This document shows positions 21,373 to 33,477 of a stretch of DNA of 64,000 bases, piece by piece. Source of the stretch: an uncultured Gammaproteobacteria bacterium (GTDB lineage: Bacteria; Pseudomonadota; Gammaproteobacteria; SZUA-229). Both the position numbers and the translations under genes were made by a program. The stretch is from positions 83,022 to 147,021 of the forward strand of contig CAVQDO010000019.1 of the NCBI GenBank assembly GCA_963711255.1, given 5' to 3'. How positions within the stretch are numbered: the first letter of the stretch is position 1; every line of letters starts with the position of its first letter. Under the pieces are notes generated by a model. That model was not told where the DNA came from and did no database searches. It saw only the letters and a program-made list of their open reading frames with translations.

Positions 21373-21843
21373 ATGAATAATACTAATTGCTATCTAGCAC
21401 CCGTCCTGTTTGCATGCTGCGCACTATTGTATTCAACAAATGTATTGCCTGAACAAAAAGCAAAGAAATCATATACTGTCGATTTCAACAATCCTCCCGA
21501 GAAGACCGAAACACTAAACGAGATAAAAGACAGGATCAATTCAACTTTTGCAGATCAACCAAACATGCGCATGATGATTTACGGAAGAGGACTGGCGTTT
21601 TTCCTGGACCCGGGCACAATACAAAATACCAGCTTGCAATTTAACAGCAACAACCAGTCTGCTCAAAAAGAAATAGCAGACCTGAAGAGTAAAAATGTGG
21701 ACTTGATAGTCTGCGAGAAACCGGAAAACAGGTCGATAAGAAAGATAACAACAGATCTTGATGGCAGACATTTGAGTACTCACAAGCAGAACGACAGAAT
21801 AACTCACCTTAAGCAGCAGGGTTACATCTGTATCAAACCCTGA
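21373..21843 (+). CDS. Hypothetical secreted protein
   Basis: Signal-peptide-like N-terminus; no recognisable motif. Confidence 0.35.
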   Translation: MNNTNCYLAPVLFACCALLYSTNVLPEQKAKKSYTVDFNNPPEKTETLNEIKDRINSTFADQPNMRMMIYGRGLAFFLDPGTIQNTSLQFNSNNQSAQKEIADLKSKNVDLIVCEKPENRSIRKITTDLDGRHLSTHKQNDRITHLKQQGYICIKP

Positions 21844-21964
21844 GCATTACCGGCCTTATTAGCCAATTTTTAATAGATAACTGCCGGTATTTCATAAGTT
21901 ATACTTTGCGTTATAATACGTATAACTAATTAGTCATATAACTTAATCCAGCGGGTACACCCAC

Positions 21965-22180
21965 ATGTCTATAGAACGTACACTTTTCGCATTTGGCGGC
22001 ATCATGGTAATGCTAACCTCCTTACTTGCCTTATTTCATCACCCATACTGGACATGGTTCACACTGTTTATCGGTTTCAACTGTTTCCAGAGCTCATTCA
22101 CCGGTTTTTGCCCACCAGCCTGGATAATGAAAAAGTTCGGCCTGAAAACTGAAGCTGAATTAGCCACTGCCGGCAAATAA
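21965..22180 (+). CDS. DUF2892 (YgaP-like) small membrane protein
   Basis: 71 aa with two TM helices and a CFQSSFTGFCP motif, typical of DUF2892 found with rhodanese-type proteins. Confidence 0.55.
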   Translation: MSIERTLFAFGGIMVMLTSLLALFHHPYWTWFTLFIGFNCFQSSFTGFCPPAWIMKKFGLKTEAELATAGK

Positions 22181-22196
22181 TTATTTATTAAAAAAA

Positions 22197-22247
22197 TTAA
22201 GCCGCTTTTATTGCAGATTTTTGATGTTGCAATAATAGCGGCTTAAC
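22197..22247. terminator. Bidirectional stem-loop terminator between convergent genes
   Basis: Roughly 17-bp stem ttaagccgcttttattgc / gcaataatagcggcttaa, flanked by an A-run on one side and T-rich sequence on the other. Confidence 0.5.
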
Positions 22248-22262
22248 TTCTTTATCGGACAA

Positions 22263-23675
22263 TTACTTTTCTGCTTTCCAGTGAATGATTGAATTAGCGT
22301 AATAGTTGATTATTTCACTTTCAGACTTATCCATTCTATAAAGGTTATCTTTTTCTTCAACCAGTCCACGGCCTGTCATTGCATTAAGAGCGGATCCTAA
22401 AACACTTTCAAGTGCACTGGATGAAATTTCGATCGGTGCACCTGCCTGCTCTAGCTCACCAATTCGATTCAAACATTCGGTTTTAAGCTCTAGCTCACTT
22501 TTCCATTGGCCTTGATTCTTAATTAAAGTCTCGCTCATTAATGCAACCGGCATAACCGGTACCACCTTTTCGATTTCTTCCATTATAACTGCTGCCAGCA
22601 GGCCCACCCTTTCAAACCTCTGCTCCTGCTCCAGCGCACTAAAATCCAGCTGATTTTTTTCACAATAATCTTTTGCAGAAACGGGCTCACCAAAGTTAAC
22701 ACTGGCATAACCAAAACGGCGCCAGCGATTTTTTCTCGACAGCATTACGTTTTTAAAAATAAAGCTCACAGTCGTTTTTAAAATGAACCACAAGCTTCTT
22801 TTTTCTGCATCCTTATCCAGTCTGCGCACCAGGCTCCGATCTTCAATAACTCGGTCGTAATTAATGCCGACAGGGATAAATACAATATCCCGGTCAGTAT
22901 GCGGATGGTAATCCCTTAGCATATAATCTAAAAATCCGAGGCGCGGCTCTCGCATCACACCATCTTTACTTAAGCCGCCTTCAAGAAATACGGCCTGGCA
23001 AACCCCGGCCCGGGTAGACATGTTGATATAGCGCTCCAGCACTTTTCGATATAAAACATTACCGGAATTTCGTCGTACAAAAAATGCGCCCATAGCTTTT
23101 ATCAGGGTTTGCAGTGGCCATATTCGCGCCCATTCACCAACGGCATACGACAGCGTCGTTTTTTCCGCGACTAAAAACGATACCAGTACATAATCCATAT
23201 TACTGCGATGATTCATTACGAATACGACACTGGCATTGCTATCACTTTCCTTGATTTTATTATTATCATAAAAACCAACGCGCACCCGGTATACCATGCG
23301 TGCCAGTTTTTTTGCCAGCCAGTAGCCGATACGAAAATAGATATAGGCATTAAATGCGGGCACGATCTCGGAAGCATATTTATGTGCGTTTTGCTGTGCG
23401 ATTGCTTGCGGCATATCATGCGCTTCGGCATAATCCTTGATGGCATCAATCACTTTTTCATCAAAAACCAGCTGATCGATCAAGGCCTGGCGGCGGGTAA
23501 ACTGGAAGGGGCGGATTTCAATATCCAGGCGTGTATTAATTTCACTAATTACACGATTGACGCGGCGTTTTAAATACCAGCGCATGCCAGGCAGCAATAT
23601 TCGATCCAGCACCATGACTGCAGCAAATACCACCAGTACAATAAAAACCCAGTAGGGCAGAGTTATCGTTTCCAT
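22263..23675 (-). CDS. Glycerol-3-phosphate/lysophospholipid acyltransferase-family protein (PlsB/GPAT-like)
   Basis: HXXXXD acyltransferase motif (NHRSNMD), N-terminal TM helix, 470 aa. Confidence 0.65.
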   Translation of the reverse strand: METITLPYWVFIVLVVFAAVMVLDRILLPGMRWYLKRRVNRVISEINTRLDIEIRPFQFTRRQALIDQLVFDEKVIDAIKDYAEAHDMPQAIAQQNAHKYASEIVPAFNAYIYFRIGYWLAKKLARMVYRVRVGFYDNNKIKESDSNASVVFVMNHRSNMDYVLVSFLVAEKTTLSYAVGEWARIWPLQTLIKAMGAFFVRRNSGNVLYRKVLERYINMSTRAGVCQAVFLEGGLSKDGVMREPRLGFLDYMLRDYHPHTDRDIVFIPVGINYDRVIEDRSLVRRLDKDAEKRSLWFILKTTVSFIFKNVMLSRKNRWRRFGYASVNFGEPVSAKDYCEKNQLDFSALEQEQRFERVGLLAAVIMEEIEKVVPVMPVALMSETLIKNQGQWKSELELKTECLNRIGELEQAGAPIEISSSALESVLGSALNAMTGRGLVEEKDNLYRMDKSESEIINYYANSIIHWKAEK

Positions 23676-23766
23676 TATGACTACATATTACACAATCACC
23701 TGACAGAATGTTACACAAGGGTTAAGATTCACCCTCTTTAAGACAAAGTTATATAAAGGTATAGAA

Positions 23767-24744
23767 ATGAGCAAGTATGATGTTTATGGCCTGGGTAATG
23801 CACTGGTTGATATGGAATTTGAGATCAAAGACCAATTCCTGCAGGAAAACAAAATAGATAAAGGTGTCATGACCCTGGTTGATGAAAATCAGCAACATGA
23901 GTTGATTTCTCAGTTAGACGTCTTTGATGGCAACAAGGCCAGTGGCGGCTCTGCAGCCAATACCTTGATAGCCGTCAGTTCTATGGGCGGATCTTCTTAT
24001 TATTCATGCAAAGTTGCTGATGACGAGCTTGGCCATTTTTACCTGGACGATCTTAAAACCGCCGGTGTTGACTGCAACATGGATGGTAAACACAAAGGCG
24101 GCATTACCGGTAAATGTCTGGTAATGGTTACACCAGATGCCGAACGCACAATGCATACCTTTTTAGGCGTATCTTCAGAATTATCGCCTTACGAAGTTAG
24201 CGAAGAAGCAATCAAAAACGCGCAATACTGCTACCTCGAAGGCTATCTCACTACATCGGAAACAGGAAAAGCAGCCAATATCGAAGCCCGTAAAATTGCC
24301 CAGGCCAACAATATTAAAACGGCGCTGACATTCTCGGATCCATTTGTAGTAGAACACTTCCGCAATGACTTCACCGACACCATCGGCGATGGCATAGACT
24401 TGTTATTCTGCAATGAAGCGGAAGCACTGAGTTACACGCAACAAGATTCTGTCGAAGATGCTGCAAACGTTATTAAAACCTTTGCTAAAACTTTTGCCAT
24501 CACACTGGGCGCTAAAGGCGCCGCAGTTTATGACGGCAGCGAGTTGATAAGCATTGAAGCCAATCCGACTACTGCGGTTGACACCAATGGCGCAGGGGAT
24601 TTATTTGCCGGTGCTTTTATGTATGGACTGACACACGGAATGAACTACGAACAATCAGGAAACCTGGCAAGTAAAGCCTCTTCAATAATCGTCAGCCAGT
24701 TTGGCCCACGGCTGAAACTGGAACAGTATAAATCTCTGATTTAG
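23767..24744 (+). CDS. PfkB-family carbohydrate/adenosine kinase
   Basis: N-terminal GLGNALVD and C-terminal DTNGAGD ribokinase-family motifs. Confidence 0.75.
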   Translation: MSKYDVYGLGNALVDMEFEIKDQFLQENKIDKGVMTLVDENQQHELISQLDVFDGNKASGGSAANTLIAVSSMGGSSYYSCKVADDELGHFYLDDLKTAGVDCNMDGKHKGGITGKCLVMVTPDAERTMHTFLGVSSELSPYEVSEEAIKNAQYCYLEGYLTTSETGKAANIEARKIAQANNIKTALTFSDPFVVEHFRNDFTDTIGDGIDLLFCNEAEALSYTQQDSVEDAANVIKTFAKTFAITLGAKGAAVYDGSELISIEANPTTAVDTNGAGDLFAGAFMYGLTHGMNYEQSGNLASKASSIIVSQFGPRLKLEQYKSLI

Positions 24745-24848
24745 TAAGTATATAACCGTATAGCAATAATATTTTGAAGGGATTCAATTTATTATTTTCT
24801 GTTTCACTTGTTGATATTTACCAGGAAAGTTCAACAGGGAAAGAACCC

Positions 24849-26447
24849 TCAAACAGGTTGCAAATCGTCACAGGCATGATTAGCAAAGCCTGCGCCGGCT
24901 TCTGCGTATACATTGTATACTGAATCAACACCGGCCTCCTTTAACACAGCAATATTTTCATTGTGTTTTACCGCAGCAGCGATTTTACCCTGGTAGTTTG
25001 ATTGCTTTATCATTTCAACAGCAATCTTCTGTTCTTTCAGGTTTGGCATATCCAGCAAAATCATTGATACCGCATCCGGTCTTAAGCGCTCCCAGAAATC
25101 ATAATCCGTTACATCGCCAAGCATGACATTTCTACCATTTTCAACATGCCAGTCAACAACCGCCTGATCAGAATCGATACCCAGTAAGCTTTCACCAAAC
25201 TTTTCAGAAAGGTTCTGGTAAACACCGGTACCCACCCGTCCCATACCAAACACCAGCACCTGTGCACCACCTATGTCGATGGGCTTATCATCATCGAGGC
25301 GATGGTCACTTTCGAATTTACACAGCCCCTGCTCGTATTTCGCATATAATTTATGTGAATTAGCATTTGCCAGTGAAGAAAAGACAAACGTTATCGATAG
25401 AGCCATGGCAATAATAACCAGCCACTCGCTATTCATCCAGCCACTTGAAACACCAATTGCACCGACGATCAAGCCAAATTCACTGTAATTAGACAAGGAC
25501 AAACTCGTTAAAAAACTGGTACGTGTCCGCAATTTAAAACTGGTAAACAAACTAAAGAACAGGAATGCCTTTGCAAGCATAACAATGGCTAGCACCAGTG
25601 CAATAATAGCGGACAATAATGTAGGTGCACCATAAAAACCAATACTGAGGAAAAAAGCGACCAGAAAAATTTCCTTAAATGCCAGCAGGGACTTTGCCAA
25701 CTCGTCTGATTTCTCGTTACCTGCTAACAATACTCCCAGCAATAATGCACCCAGGTCTGCCTTAACACCAACGATCTCAAACAGTGAAGCGCCACCAAGC
25801 GCCAGCGCCATGCCAAACAGTATCAACAGCTCACCATGCCCTGCCCGTTTTATTAAGACTATCAGCAAAGGACGAGCCGGTATTAACAACAACAGCAGCA
25901 ATGCCCACAAGGACGGAACTTTATCTGATGAAGCCGTTAGAAAAATAACCGCAAATAAATCCTGCATGATCAATATACCAATCGCAATTTTTCCGTGCAA
26001 GGATGACATCTCTGCTTTTTCATCGAGCACTTTTACCGCAAACACGGTACTGGAAAAGCTTAATGCAAACGCGATAATGGCTGAATCAATAACGGAAAGC
26101 CCGGCGAAATTCTGCAAGCCGGTATAACTTAATGCGAATATCAGCAGGCCAAATACAACTATGGTAATGAGCATATGAATAACAGAAACCGCCCATATTT
26201 CTGCCCGCAATAAATCCCTGATATTTAACTTAAGCCCGATACTGAACAGTAAAATGGTAACGCCAACATCAGCCACCGCTGCGAGCGCATCCCCACTTTG
26301 CATATTCATCGCGCTCAATACAAAACCGGCGACAAGATAACCAACCATAGGCGGTAATGAAACCAGCTTGACAACCATACCGGACGCGAGGGCAACGATT
26401 ATCCAGACGACATCGGTAAAATGTACTGCGATCAAACTTAATTCCAT
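24849..26447 (-). CDS. Monovalent cation:proton antiporter-2 (KefB/KefC-like) with C-terminal TrkA-N (RCK) domain
   Basis: Polytopic N-terminus plus a Rossmann motif VFGMGRVG in the C-terminal domain. Confidence 0.8.
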   Translation of the reverse strand: MELSLIAVHFTDVVWIIVALASGMVVKLVSLPPMVGYLVAGFVLSAMNMQSGDALAAVADVGVTILLFSIGLKLNIRDLLRAEIWAVSVIHMLITIVVFGLLIFALSYTGLQNFAGLSVIDSAIIAFALSFSSTVFAVKVLDEKAEMSSLHGKIAIGILIMQDLFAVIFLTASSDKVPSLWALLLLLLIPARPLLIVLIKRAGHGELLILFGMALALGGASLFEIVGVKADLGALLLGVLLAGNEKSDELAKSLLAFKEIFLVAFFLSIGFYGAPTLLSAIIALVLAIVMLAKAFLFFSLFTSFKLRTRTSFLTSLSLSNYSEFGLIVGAIGVSSGWMNSEWLVIIAMALSITFVFSSLANANSHKLYAKYEQGLCKFESDHRLDDDKPIDIGGAQVLVFGMGRVGTGVYQNLSEKFGESLLGIDSDQAVVDWHVENGRNVMLGDVTDYDFWERLRPDAVSMILLDMPNLKEQKIAVEMIKQSNYQGKIAAAVKHNENIAVLKEAGVDSVYNVYAEAGAGFANHACDDLQPV

Positions 26448-26566
26448 GATATTTACATCTATAATTGGATTAGAAAAAGTCTTTCTTGAACAGGTCTTGC
26501 TATACTTTAACCATGTTTCATCTTAATTTATATACGCTCATGCCGGTATTTAGTGAGGCGAGAATC

Positions 26567-26956
26567 ATGCTGACTGCAAAACGTCTGGTGACTGCTATCT
26601 TTTTAGCGATAAGCAGTTCATCGTTCCTTGCCCATGCCGATACTGATTTTCCTGAGTCAAAACGTATTGAAGTGTATTCATTAAGCCAGAACTACTGGGA
26701 CACACAGGCTGGCGACACCCTGGGTAAAATAAGCAGGCACCTGCTACCCAATAACCCGTCAAAACGGGCATCACTCGAGCGTGACATCGTATTATTAAAC
26801 CCGCATGCATTTATCAATGCCAATCCTGAAAAGCTGCTTGCTGGCAAACGCCTGTGGATGCCGGGTTATATGAAACAGGCAGACAGCAAAGTGAATCCTG
26901 CTACAACCGCTGTTGAACGCTACTCCTGGGGAAATATTAAGCGACCTAAAAATTAA
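26567..26956 (+). CDS. Hypothetical secreted protein with LysM-like segment
   Basis: Signal peptide MLTAKRLVTAIFLAISSSSFLAHA; the QAGDTLGKIS motif resembles LysM. Confidence 0.4.
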   Translation: MLTAKRLVTAIFLAISSSSFLAHADTDFPESKRIEVYSLSQNYWDTQAGDTLGKISRHLLPNNPSKRASLERDIVLLNPHAFINANPEKLLAGKRLWMPGYMKQADSKVNPATTAVERYSWGNIKRPKN

Positions 26957-27046
26957 TACAACACACCCTGGTAAAGGTTTTTCTATTTGCTGTATATTGA
27001 CCTGTCATCTCGAACCAATGTGAGGATTGACAAAGCTATAGCATTA

Positions 27047-27718
27047 TTACAACAAACCACGCTCGGCAAATGACACGACCTCATCACCCACCACAAAATG
27101 ATCCAGCACCCGTATATCAACCAGAGCCAGCGCGGCTTTTAAGCGCTGCGTTATCTGCTCATCGGCATGGCTTGGCTCTGCCACACCCGACGGGTGGTTG
27201 TGGGCAAAGATGATCGCTGCGGCATTCTTCTGCAATGCCAGCCTTACGACTTCTCGTGGGTAGACACTGGCACCGTCAATAGTGCCATGAAACATTTTTT
27301 CAAAGGCGATGACACGATTTCGATTATCCAGAAACAGGCAGGCAAATACTTCATGCGGATAACTGGCCAGTTGCGCCATCAAGTACTGCCGTGTTTGCGC
27401 AGGACTGCATAACGCATCACCCCGGCTTAGCTGCTCAAACATATGGCGCTTTGCCATTTCCAGCACGGCCTGCAACTGAGCATACTTGGCACTACCCAGT
27501 CCTTTATGCTGGCAGAAGTCATCCTGGCTCGCCTGCAACATGGGTTTTAAACCATCAAAACTAGCCAGTAGTTGCCGTGCCAGGTCAACAGCAGAACAAC
27601 CTTTGCAACCCGTTCTTAAAAAAATAGCCAGTAATTCAGCATCAGAAAGTGCAGCAGCACCTTTATCGAGTAATTTTTCGCGCGGCCGCTCGGCTATCGG
27701 CCATTGTGATATTGCCAT
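27047..27718 (-). CDS. radC: RadC-family JAB/MPN domain protein
   Basis: ERPREKLL N-terminal motif and the HNHPSG JAB metalloprotease motif. Confidence 0.8.
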   Translation of the reverse strand: MAISQWPIAERPREKLLDKGAAALSDAELLAIFLRTGCKGCSAVDLARQLLASFDGLKPMLQASQDDFCQHKGLGSAKYAQLQAVLEMAKRHMFEQLSRGDALCSPAQTRQYLMAQLASYPHEVFACLFLDNRNRVIAFEKMFHGTIDGASVYPREVVRLALQKNAAAIIFAHNHPSGVAEPSHADEQITQRLKAALALVDIRVLDHFVVGDEVVSFAERGLL

Positions 27719-27832
27719 ATTCTCTCCCTGCCAGATTAGATACAAATTCAGTCCATTGTCTTCTGATATTAACCGTAAGCCTTATTCAGCGCAAACTGCC
27801 AGCCGATAGCTGATTCTGCTAGAATAAGGCTA

Positions 27833-29128
27833 ATGAGCCCGTTAAGTAACAAACATATTGTCATCGGCATCACCGGTGGCATCGCAGCGTACAAAAGCGC
27901 CGATCTTTGCCGTCGACTGATTGAAGCCGGCGCCGAGGTACGTATTGTTATGACCGATGCCGCTACTGAATTTGTCACCCCCCTGACTTTTCAGGCGCTG
28001 TCTGGCCACCCGGTGTTTTTTGATGCCAGCGACCCTGAAACTTCAGGCAGCAGTACCTCGGGCATGAAACATATCGAACTGGCACGCTGGGCAGATGCCA
28101 TTATTATTGCCCCAGCCAGCGCCAATACCATTGCCAAACTCGCCCAAGGCCGTGCTGATAATTTACTCACCACTTTATGTCTTGCCAGTGAGGCCAGTAA
28201 ATTTTTTGCGCCGGCGATGAACCGGATAATGTGGGACGATCTGAGTACGCAGGCCAACTGCCGTACACTGATTGATAAAAACTGGTTTCAGCTTGGCCCC
28301 GGCAGCGGCGCACAGGCCTGTGGTGAAATCGGCGAAGGCCGCATGCTTGAAGTTAGCGATATTTTAACGGCTGTTGAGCAATGCTTTACCTCCGGCGCGC
28401 TACAGGGTTTAAACCTGGTTATTACAGCTGGACCAACCTATGAAGCCATCGATCCGGTTCGCTTTATCGGTAACCGGAGCTCTGGACGTATGGGTTATGC
28501 CATTGCCGAAGCTGCTCGTGATGCTGGCGCCAATGTCACCCTGATTAGCGGCCCCAGTCATTTAGCCGCTCCGCAGGCGGTCACATTTATTGCTGTCGAA
28601 TCGGCCGAAGAAATGAAACAGTCGGTATTATCAGCGCTAAAGCAATGCCAGATATACATATCGGCTGCTGCCGTTTCTGATTATCGGGTTGAGAACATCG
28701 CCGAGCAGAAAATCAAAAAAACCAGCGACAGCCTGACCCTGCAACTGACAAAAACCGATGACATCATCTCTATCGTTGCCAAACAGAAAAGCCGGCCTTA
28801 CGTAGTGGGATTCGCCGCGGAAACTGAAGATGTCATTGCAAACGCCCAGCGAAAATTACAGAGCAAAAACCTCGACATGATCGTTGCCAATGACGTTAGC
28901 AGCAATAACTCAACAGACAAACCTGACATTGGCTTTAACAGTGAATACAATGCACTGCAGGTTTTCTGGTCCGATCAGGCACAACCAGCAACAACAAAAA
29001 ACAGGGAAATCAGCGGCCAGCAGCATTTTGATGTTGCACGTAAGTCACAGCTTGCCAGCCAGTTGATCTCACTGATAGCAAAACAATATTCACTCAACAA
29101 ACTACAACATGAACAAAATACAGCTTAA
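27833..29128 (+). CDS. coaBC: Bifunctional phosphopantothenoylcysteine decarboxylase/phosphopantothenate-cysteine ligase
   Basis: Flavoprotein N-domain ([13 protein letters not shown]) plus DFP ligase C-domain; about 400 aa. Confidence 0.9.
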   Translation: MSPLSNKHIVIGITGGIAAYKSADLCRRLIEAGAEVRIVMTDAATEFVTPLTFQALSGHPVFFDASDPETSGSSTSGMKHIELARWADAIIIAPASANTIAKLAQGRADNLLTTLCLASEASKFFAPAMNRIMWDDLSTQANCRTLIDKNWFQLGPGSGAQACGEIGEGRMLEVSDILTAVEQCFTSGALQGLNLVITAGPTYEAIDPVRFIGNRSSGRMGYAIAEAARDAGANVTLISGPSHLAAPQAVTFIAVESAEEMKQSVLSALKQCQIYISAAAVSDYRVENIAEQKIKKTSDSLTLQLTKTDDIISIVAKQKSRPYVVGFAAETEDVIANAQRKLQSKNLDMIVANDVSSNNSTDKPDIGFNSEYNALQVFWSDQAQPATTKNREISGQQHFDVARKSQLASQLISLIAKQYSLNKLQHEQNTA

Positions 29129-29564
29129 AATTCTCGATCCCCGCATTGGCAACGACATTCCACTACCCGAGTACGCAACCGATGGCTCTGCCGGTATGGA
29201 TTTACGTGCTGCACTGGATAAGAACACCGAAATAAAACCCGGCGAAACAATATTAATTCCAACCGGCCTGGCCATTTATGTCGAAGACCCGAACATGGCA
29301 GCCATCGTTCTACCGCGCTCCGGTCTTGGCCACAAACACGGTATTGTTCTGGGCAACCTGGTGGGCCTGATTGATTCTGATTACCAGGGCCAGCTATTCG
29401 TCTCCTGCTGGAACCGTGGCCATGAGACCTTCAATATAGAAGTGGGGGATCGTGTGGCACAGCTGGTTATTGTACCGGTTGTACAAGTTGGCTTTGAAGT
29501 TGTTGATGATTTTGAAAGCACCCATCGCGGCGCGGGTGGCTTTGGCCATTCCGGAAAAAACTGA
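29109..29564 (+). CDS. dut: dUTP diphosphatase
   Basis: 151 aa with dUTPase motifs ([21 protein letters not shown]); overlaps coaBC as in many gammaproteobacteria. Confidence 0.9.
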   Translation: MNKIQLKILDPRIGNDIPLPEYATDGSAGMDLRAALDKNTEIKPGETILIPTGLAIYVEDPNMAAIVLPRSGLGHKHGIVLGNLVGLIDSDYQGQLFVSCWNRGHETFNIEVGDRVAQLVIVPVVQVGFEVVDDFESTHRGAGGFGHSGKN

Positions 29565-29646
29565 ACAGGCAAATAAATAGAAAAAACCAGGGCCCGGATA
29601 CAGCCTCCCTCTAAATTAAGAATAACCACTATATTAAAATTATATT

Positions 29647-31020
29647 ATGTCAATTACAGAAGAAATTTTTCGCGCATACGATATTCGCGGCATTGTAGAA
29701 ACTGCACTAACCCCTGATGCTGTACAGCAAATTGGTCAGGCATTTGCAACCGAAGCTTTGGCGCAAAACCAGAAAACCGTTGTTATTGGCCGTGACGGAC
29801 GATTGTCCAGCCCTGAACTGGCGCAACGCTTAAGTGCCGGTCTGCGCGCCGGCGGCTGCGACGTAATAGATGTTGGCATGGTACCAACACCGGTACTGTA
29901 TTACGCAACGCACAAGTTAAAAACCGGCACTGGCATCATGGTTACCGGCAGCCATAATCCACCGCAATATAATGGCCTGAAAATGCTGATCGCTGGTAAC
30001 ACTTTATATGGTGATGGCATTAAGGCGCTATACCAGATGATTATCAATGATAAAGTCAATCACGGTGAAGGCACTCACAGCGAACACAATATATTACCGG
30101 ATTACCTGGATACCATTGTAAACGACATCAAACTGGAGAAACCATTAAACATTGCTGTGGATTGCGGTAATGGTGTAGCAGGTGTTGCAGCCACAGAACT
30201 GTTCACCCGGTTAGGCTGCAAGGTGACAGAATTATTTTGCGATGTCGACGGCACATTCCCGAACCATCATCCAGACCCGTCAAAACCGGAAAACCTGCTC
30301 GATCTGCAGAACACCATGAGAGATAATGATCTTGATATTGGCCTGGCATTTGATGGCGATGGTGACCGTGTCGGCATATTAGATGACAAACAGAATATTC
30401 TCTGGGCCGACCGCCAGATGATGCTATATGCCGAAGACGTGTTAAAACGTAAACCCGGTGCACAAATTATCTTCGATATTAAATCAACAACAAATTTGGC
30501 CATCTATATTAAAAACCTGGGCGGCGAACCGTTAATGTGGAAAACCGGTCATTCCTTTATCAAGGCAAAAATGAAAGAAACCGGTGCAGAACTTGCCGGA
30601 GAAATGAGCGGCCACATTTTCTTCAAGGAACGCTGGTTTGGTTTCGATGACGGCTTATACAGCGCGGCCCGTATGCTGGAAATTGTCAGCCAACGCGATG
30701 AAAAAAGCTCTGCTATATTTGAAAAGCTGCCAGACAGTATTAATACGCCGGAGTTACAGATTAACTTTGCGGAAGGTGAACACTACAAATTCATGGAGAA
30801 GTTCATCAAGGAGTCCAGTTTTGAGGGCGCAGACATTATTACCATCGATGGCATCCGTGTTAACTACGCAAAGGGCTGGGGACTGGTGCGTCCGTCAAAT
30901 ACCACCCCCTGCCTGGTACTGCGTTTTGAAGCAAACGATAAAAAAACACTGGACGAAATTCAAAATATATTCAGGCAACAACTGCTGGCCATCGATAACA
31001 CTTTGAGTTTGCCTTTTTAA
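29647..31020 (+). CDS. algC: Phosphomannomutase/phosphoglucomutase
   Basis: Active-site TGSHNP, metal-binding DGDGDR and the GEMSGH motif. Confidence 0.85.
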   Translation: MSITEEIFRAYDIRGIVETALTPDAVQQIGQAFATEALAQNQKTVVIGRDGRLSSPELAQRLSAGLRAGGCDVIDVGMVPTPVLYYATHKLKTGTGIMVTGSHNPPQYNGLKMLIAGNTLYGDGIKALYQMIINDKVNHGEGTHSEHNILPDYLDTIVNDIKLEKPLNIAVDCGNGVAGVAATELFTRLGCKVTELFCDVDGTFPNHHPDPSKPENLLDLQNTMRDNDLDIGLAFDGDGDRVGILDDKQNILWADRQMMLYAEDVLKRKPGAQIIFDIKSTTNLAIYIKNLGGEPLMWKTGHSFIKAKMKETGAELAGEMSGHIFFKERWFGFDDGLYSAARMLEIVSQRDEKSSAIFEKLPDSINTPELQINFAEGEHYKFMEKFIKESSFEGADIITIDGIRVNYAKGWGLVRPSNTTPCLVLRFEANDKKTLDEIQNIFRQQLLAIDNTLSLPF

Positions 31021-31962
<942 letters not shown>

Positions 31963-31996
31963 CGGGCGGCTGATCAAGGCGCGGCAGGATAATTTA

Positions 31997-32650
31997 TTAG
32001 CCGCCGCGCTCTTTCAGAATTCTTTCACGCTTTGCTCTCTGCTCGTCTTTTAAGACTTTAAAACGTTCAATATAACCATTGAACTGTTTTAAGATTTCGT
32101 TATAACGTTTTTTATGACCCTTTAAATTTTTTGTCTGCACTTCAATCTGCTGTTTCTCGCCATTAATCCTTTTATACAAATCAGGCGGTACCTCGCGACC
32201 TGTATCCTTAATCTGGGAAACCTGCTTTTGCATTGAATCAACTTTATTTGTCGAATCATCAATAATAGTTTTTGATAACTGAATTTGCGAATCAACCGCT
32301 TCAAGTCGGGAATCACGTGCCACAATCAAATCTCGCTCAGTGGTATAGGTATCCAGCAGTACGCGATCACGCTGTTTTTTCTTTTTTTCCACCAGCTCAA
32401 CTTTTTTACGCTCACGTTCAAGGCGCCGATCCTCAGCTTTTTCTTCAGCTGTTTTTGCCGCTTCTTTACGTTTCGTCACAAGCCCCTGATCATTCAGCTC
32501 CTGGTGTTCTTTGACCAGGTATTTTTCAGGTATCCTGTCACCAAAATGCATCTGACCTTCTTCATCCACCCACTTATACATTTTTGCCTGCGCAAAAAGT
32601 GGGCTTACTAATAAAATAACAGGCAGGGTATATAAAACAATACGCTTCAC
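31997..32650 (-). CDS. DUF4124 domain periplasmic coiled-coil protein
   Basis: Signal peptide followed by MYKWVDEEGQMHFGDRIP (DUF4124 signature) and a K/E-rich coiled coil. Confidence 0.6.
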   Translation of the reverse strand: MKRIVLYTLPVILLVSPLFAQAKMYKWVDEEGQMHFGDRIPEKYLVKEHQELNDQGLVTKRKEAAKTAEEKAEDRRLERERKKVELVEKKKKQRDRVLLDTYTTERDLIVARDSRLEAVDSQIQLSKTIIDDSTNKVDSMQKQVSQIKDTGREVPPDLYKRINGEKQQIEVQTKNLKGHKKRYNEILKQFNGYIERFKVLKDEQRAKRERILKERGG

Positions 32651-32726
32651 GTGCGACCTCGGATATTTATAACTGATAAGCTATGAGTATAGGCACTATT
32701 TCCCAGTAATCGAGCATATTCACGAC

Positions 32727-33476
32727 GTGGCCGAACAACTCCTTATATTTATCATTTCGCTGGTTGCCAACCTGTTTTCCGCCCTATCTGGCGGTGGCGC
32801 CGGTTTAATACAGCTGCCAGCCCTTATTTTCCTTGGCCTGCCCTTCGGACTGGCCCTCGCCACCCACAAAGTGGCGACTATCGCGCTGGGCATCGGTGCC
32901 ACGGCACGCCACCTGAAAGAAAACCGGATCGACCGTGATTTTGCCCTGGTGATGATCATTTCCGGCCTGCCCGGAGTAGTTCTCGGCGCGAGCTTTATTC
33001 TGCAAATCCCTGACCAAATCGCAAAAGTTGCTCTCGGCCTGCTTACCATGGGCCTGGGCATCTATTCCTTTCTTTCGCCCCAGCTGGGACAAACTTGCGA
33101 GTTAAAAAATCGTCATTTAAAGGGTTATATCATCGGCGGCCTGGCGTTATTCGGTATCGGTATCCTGAACGGTTCACTAACTTCGGGTACCGGGCTGTTC
33201 GTCACCCTGTGGCTAATCCGCTGGTTCGGCTTTGACTACAAATTAGCTGTCACCTATACCCTGGTTTTTGTCGGCCTGTTCTGGAATGCCTCCGGGGCGA
33301 TTACGCTGGGGCTTTTGGGTGATATTCACTGGTTATGGATTCCGGCTTTGTTACTGGGTTCTCTTATTGGCGGGTATATTGGGGCGCATTTGTCGATTGT
33401 TAAGGGGAATCGGGTGATTAAGCGGAGTTATGAGGTGGTTACTTTGTTGATTGGGTTGAAGTTGGTTTTGGGGTAG
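32727..33476 (+). CDS. TauE/SafE family sulfite/anion exporter
   Basis: 249 aa polytopic protein with an internal duplication and glycine-rich helices typical of TauE/SafE (DUF81). Confidence 0.7.
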   Translation: MAEQLLIFIISLVANLFSALSGGGAGLIQLPALIFLGLPFGLALATHKVATIALGIGATARHLKENRIDRDFALVMIISGLPGVVLGASFILQIPDQIAKVALGLLTMGLGIYSFLSPQLGQTCELKNRHLKGYIIGGLALFGIGILNGSLTSGTGLFVTLWLIRWFGFDYKLAVTYTLVFVGLFWNASGAITLGLLGDIHWLWIPALLLGSLIGGYIGAHLSIVKGNRVIKRSYEVVTLLIGLKLVLG

Positions 33477-33477
33477 T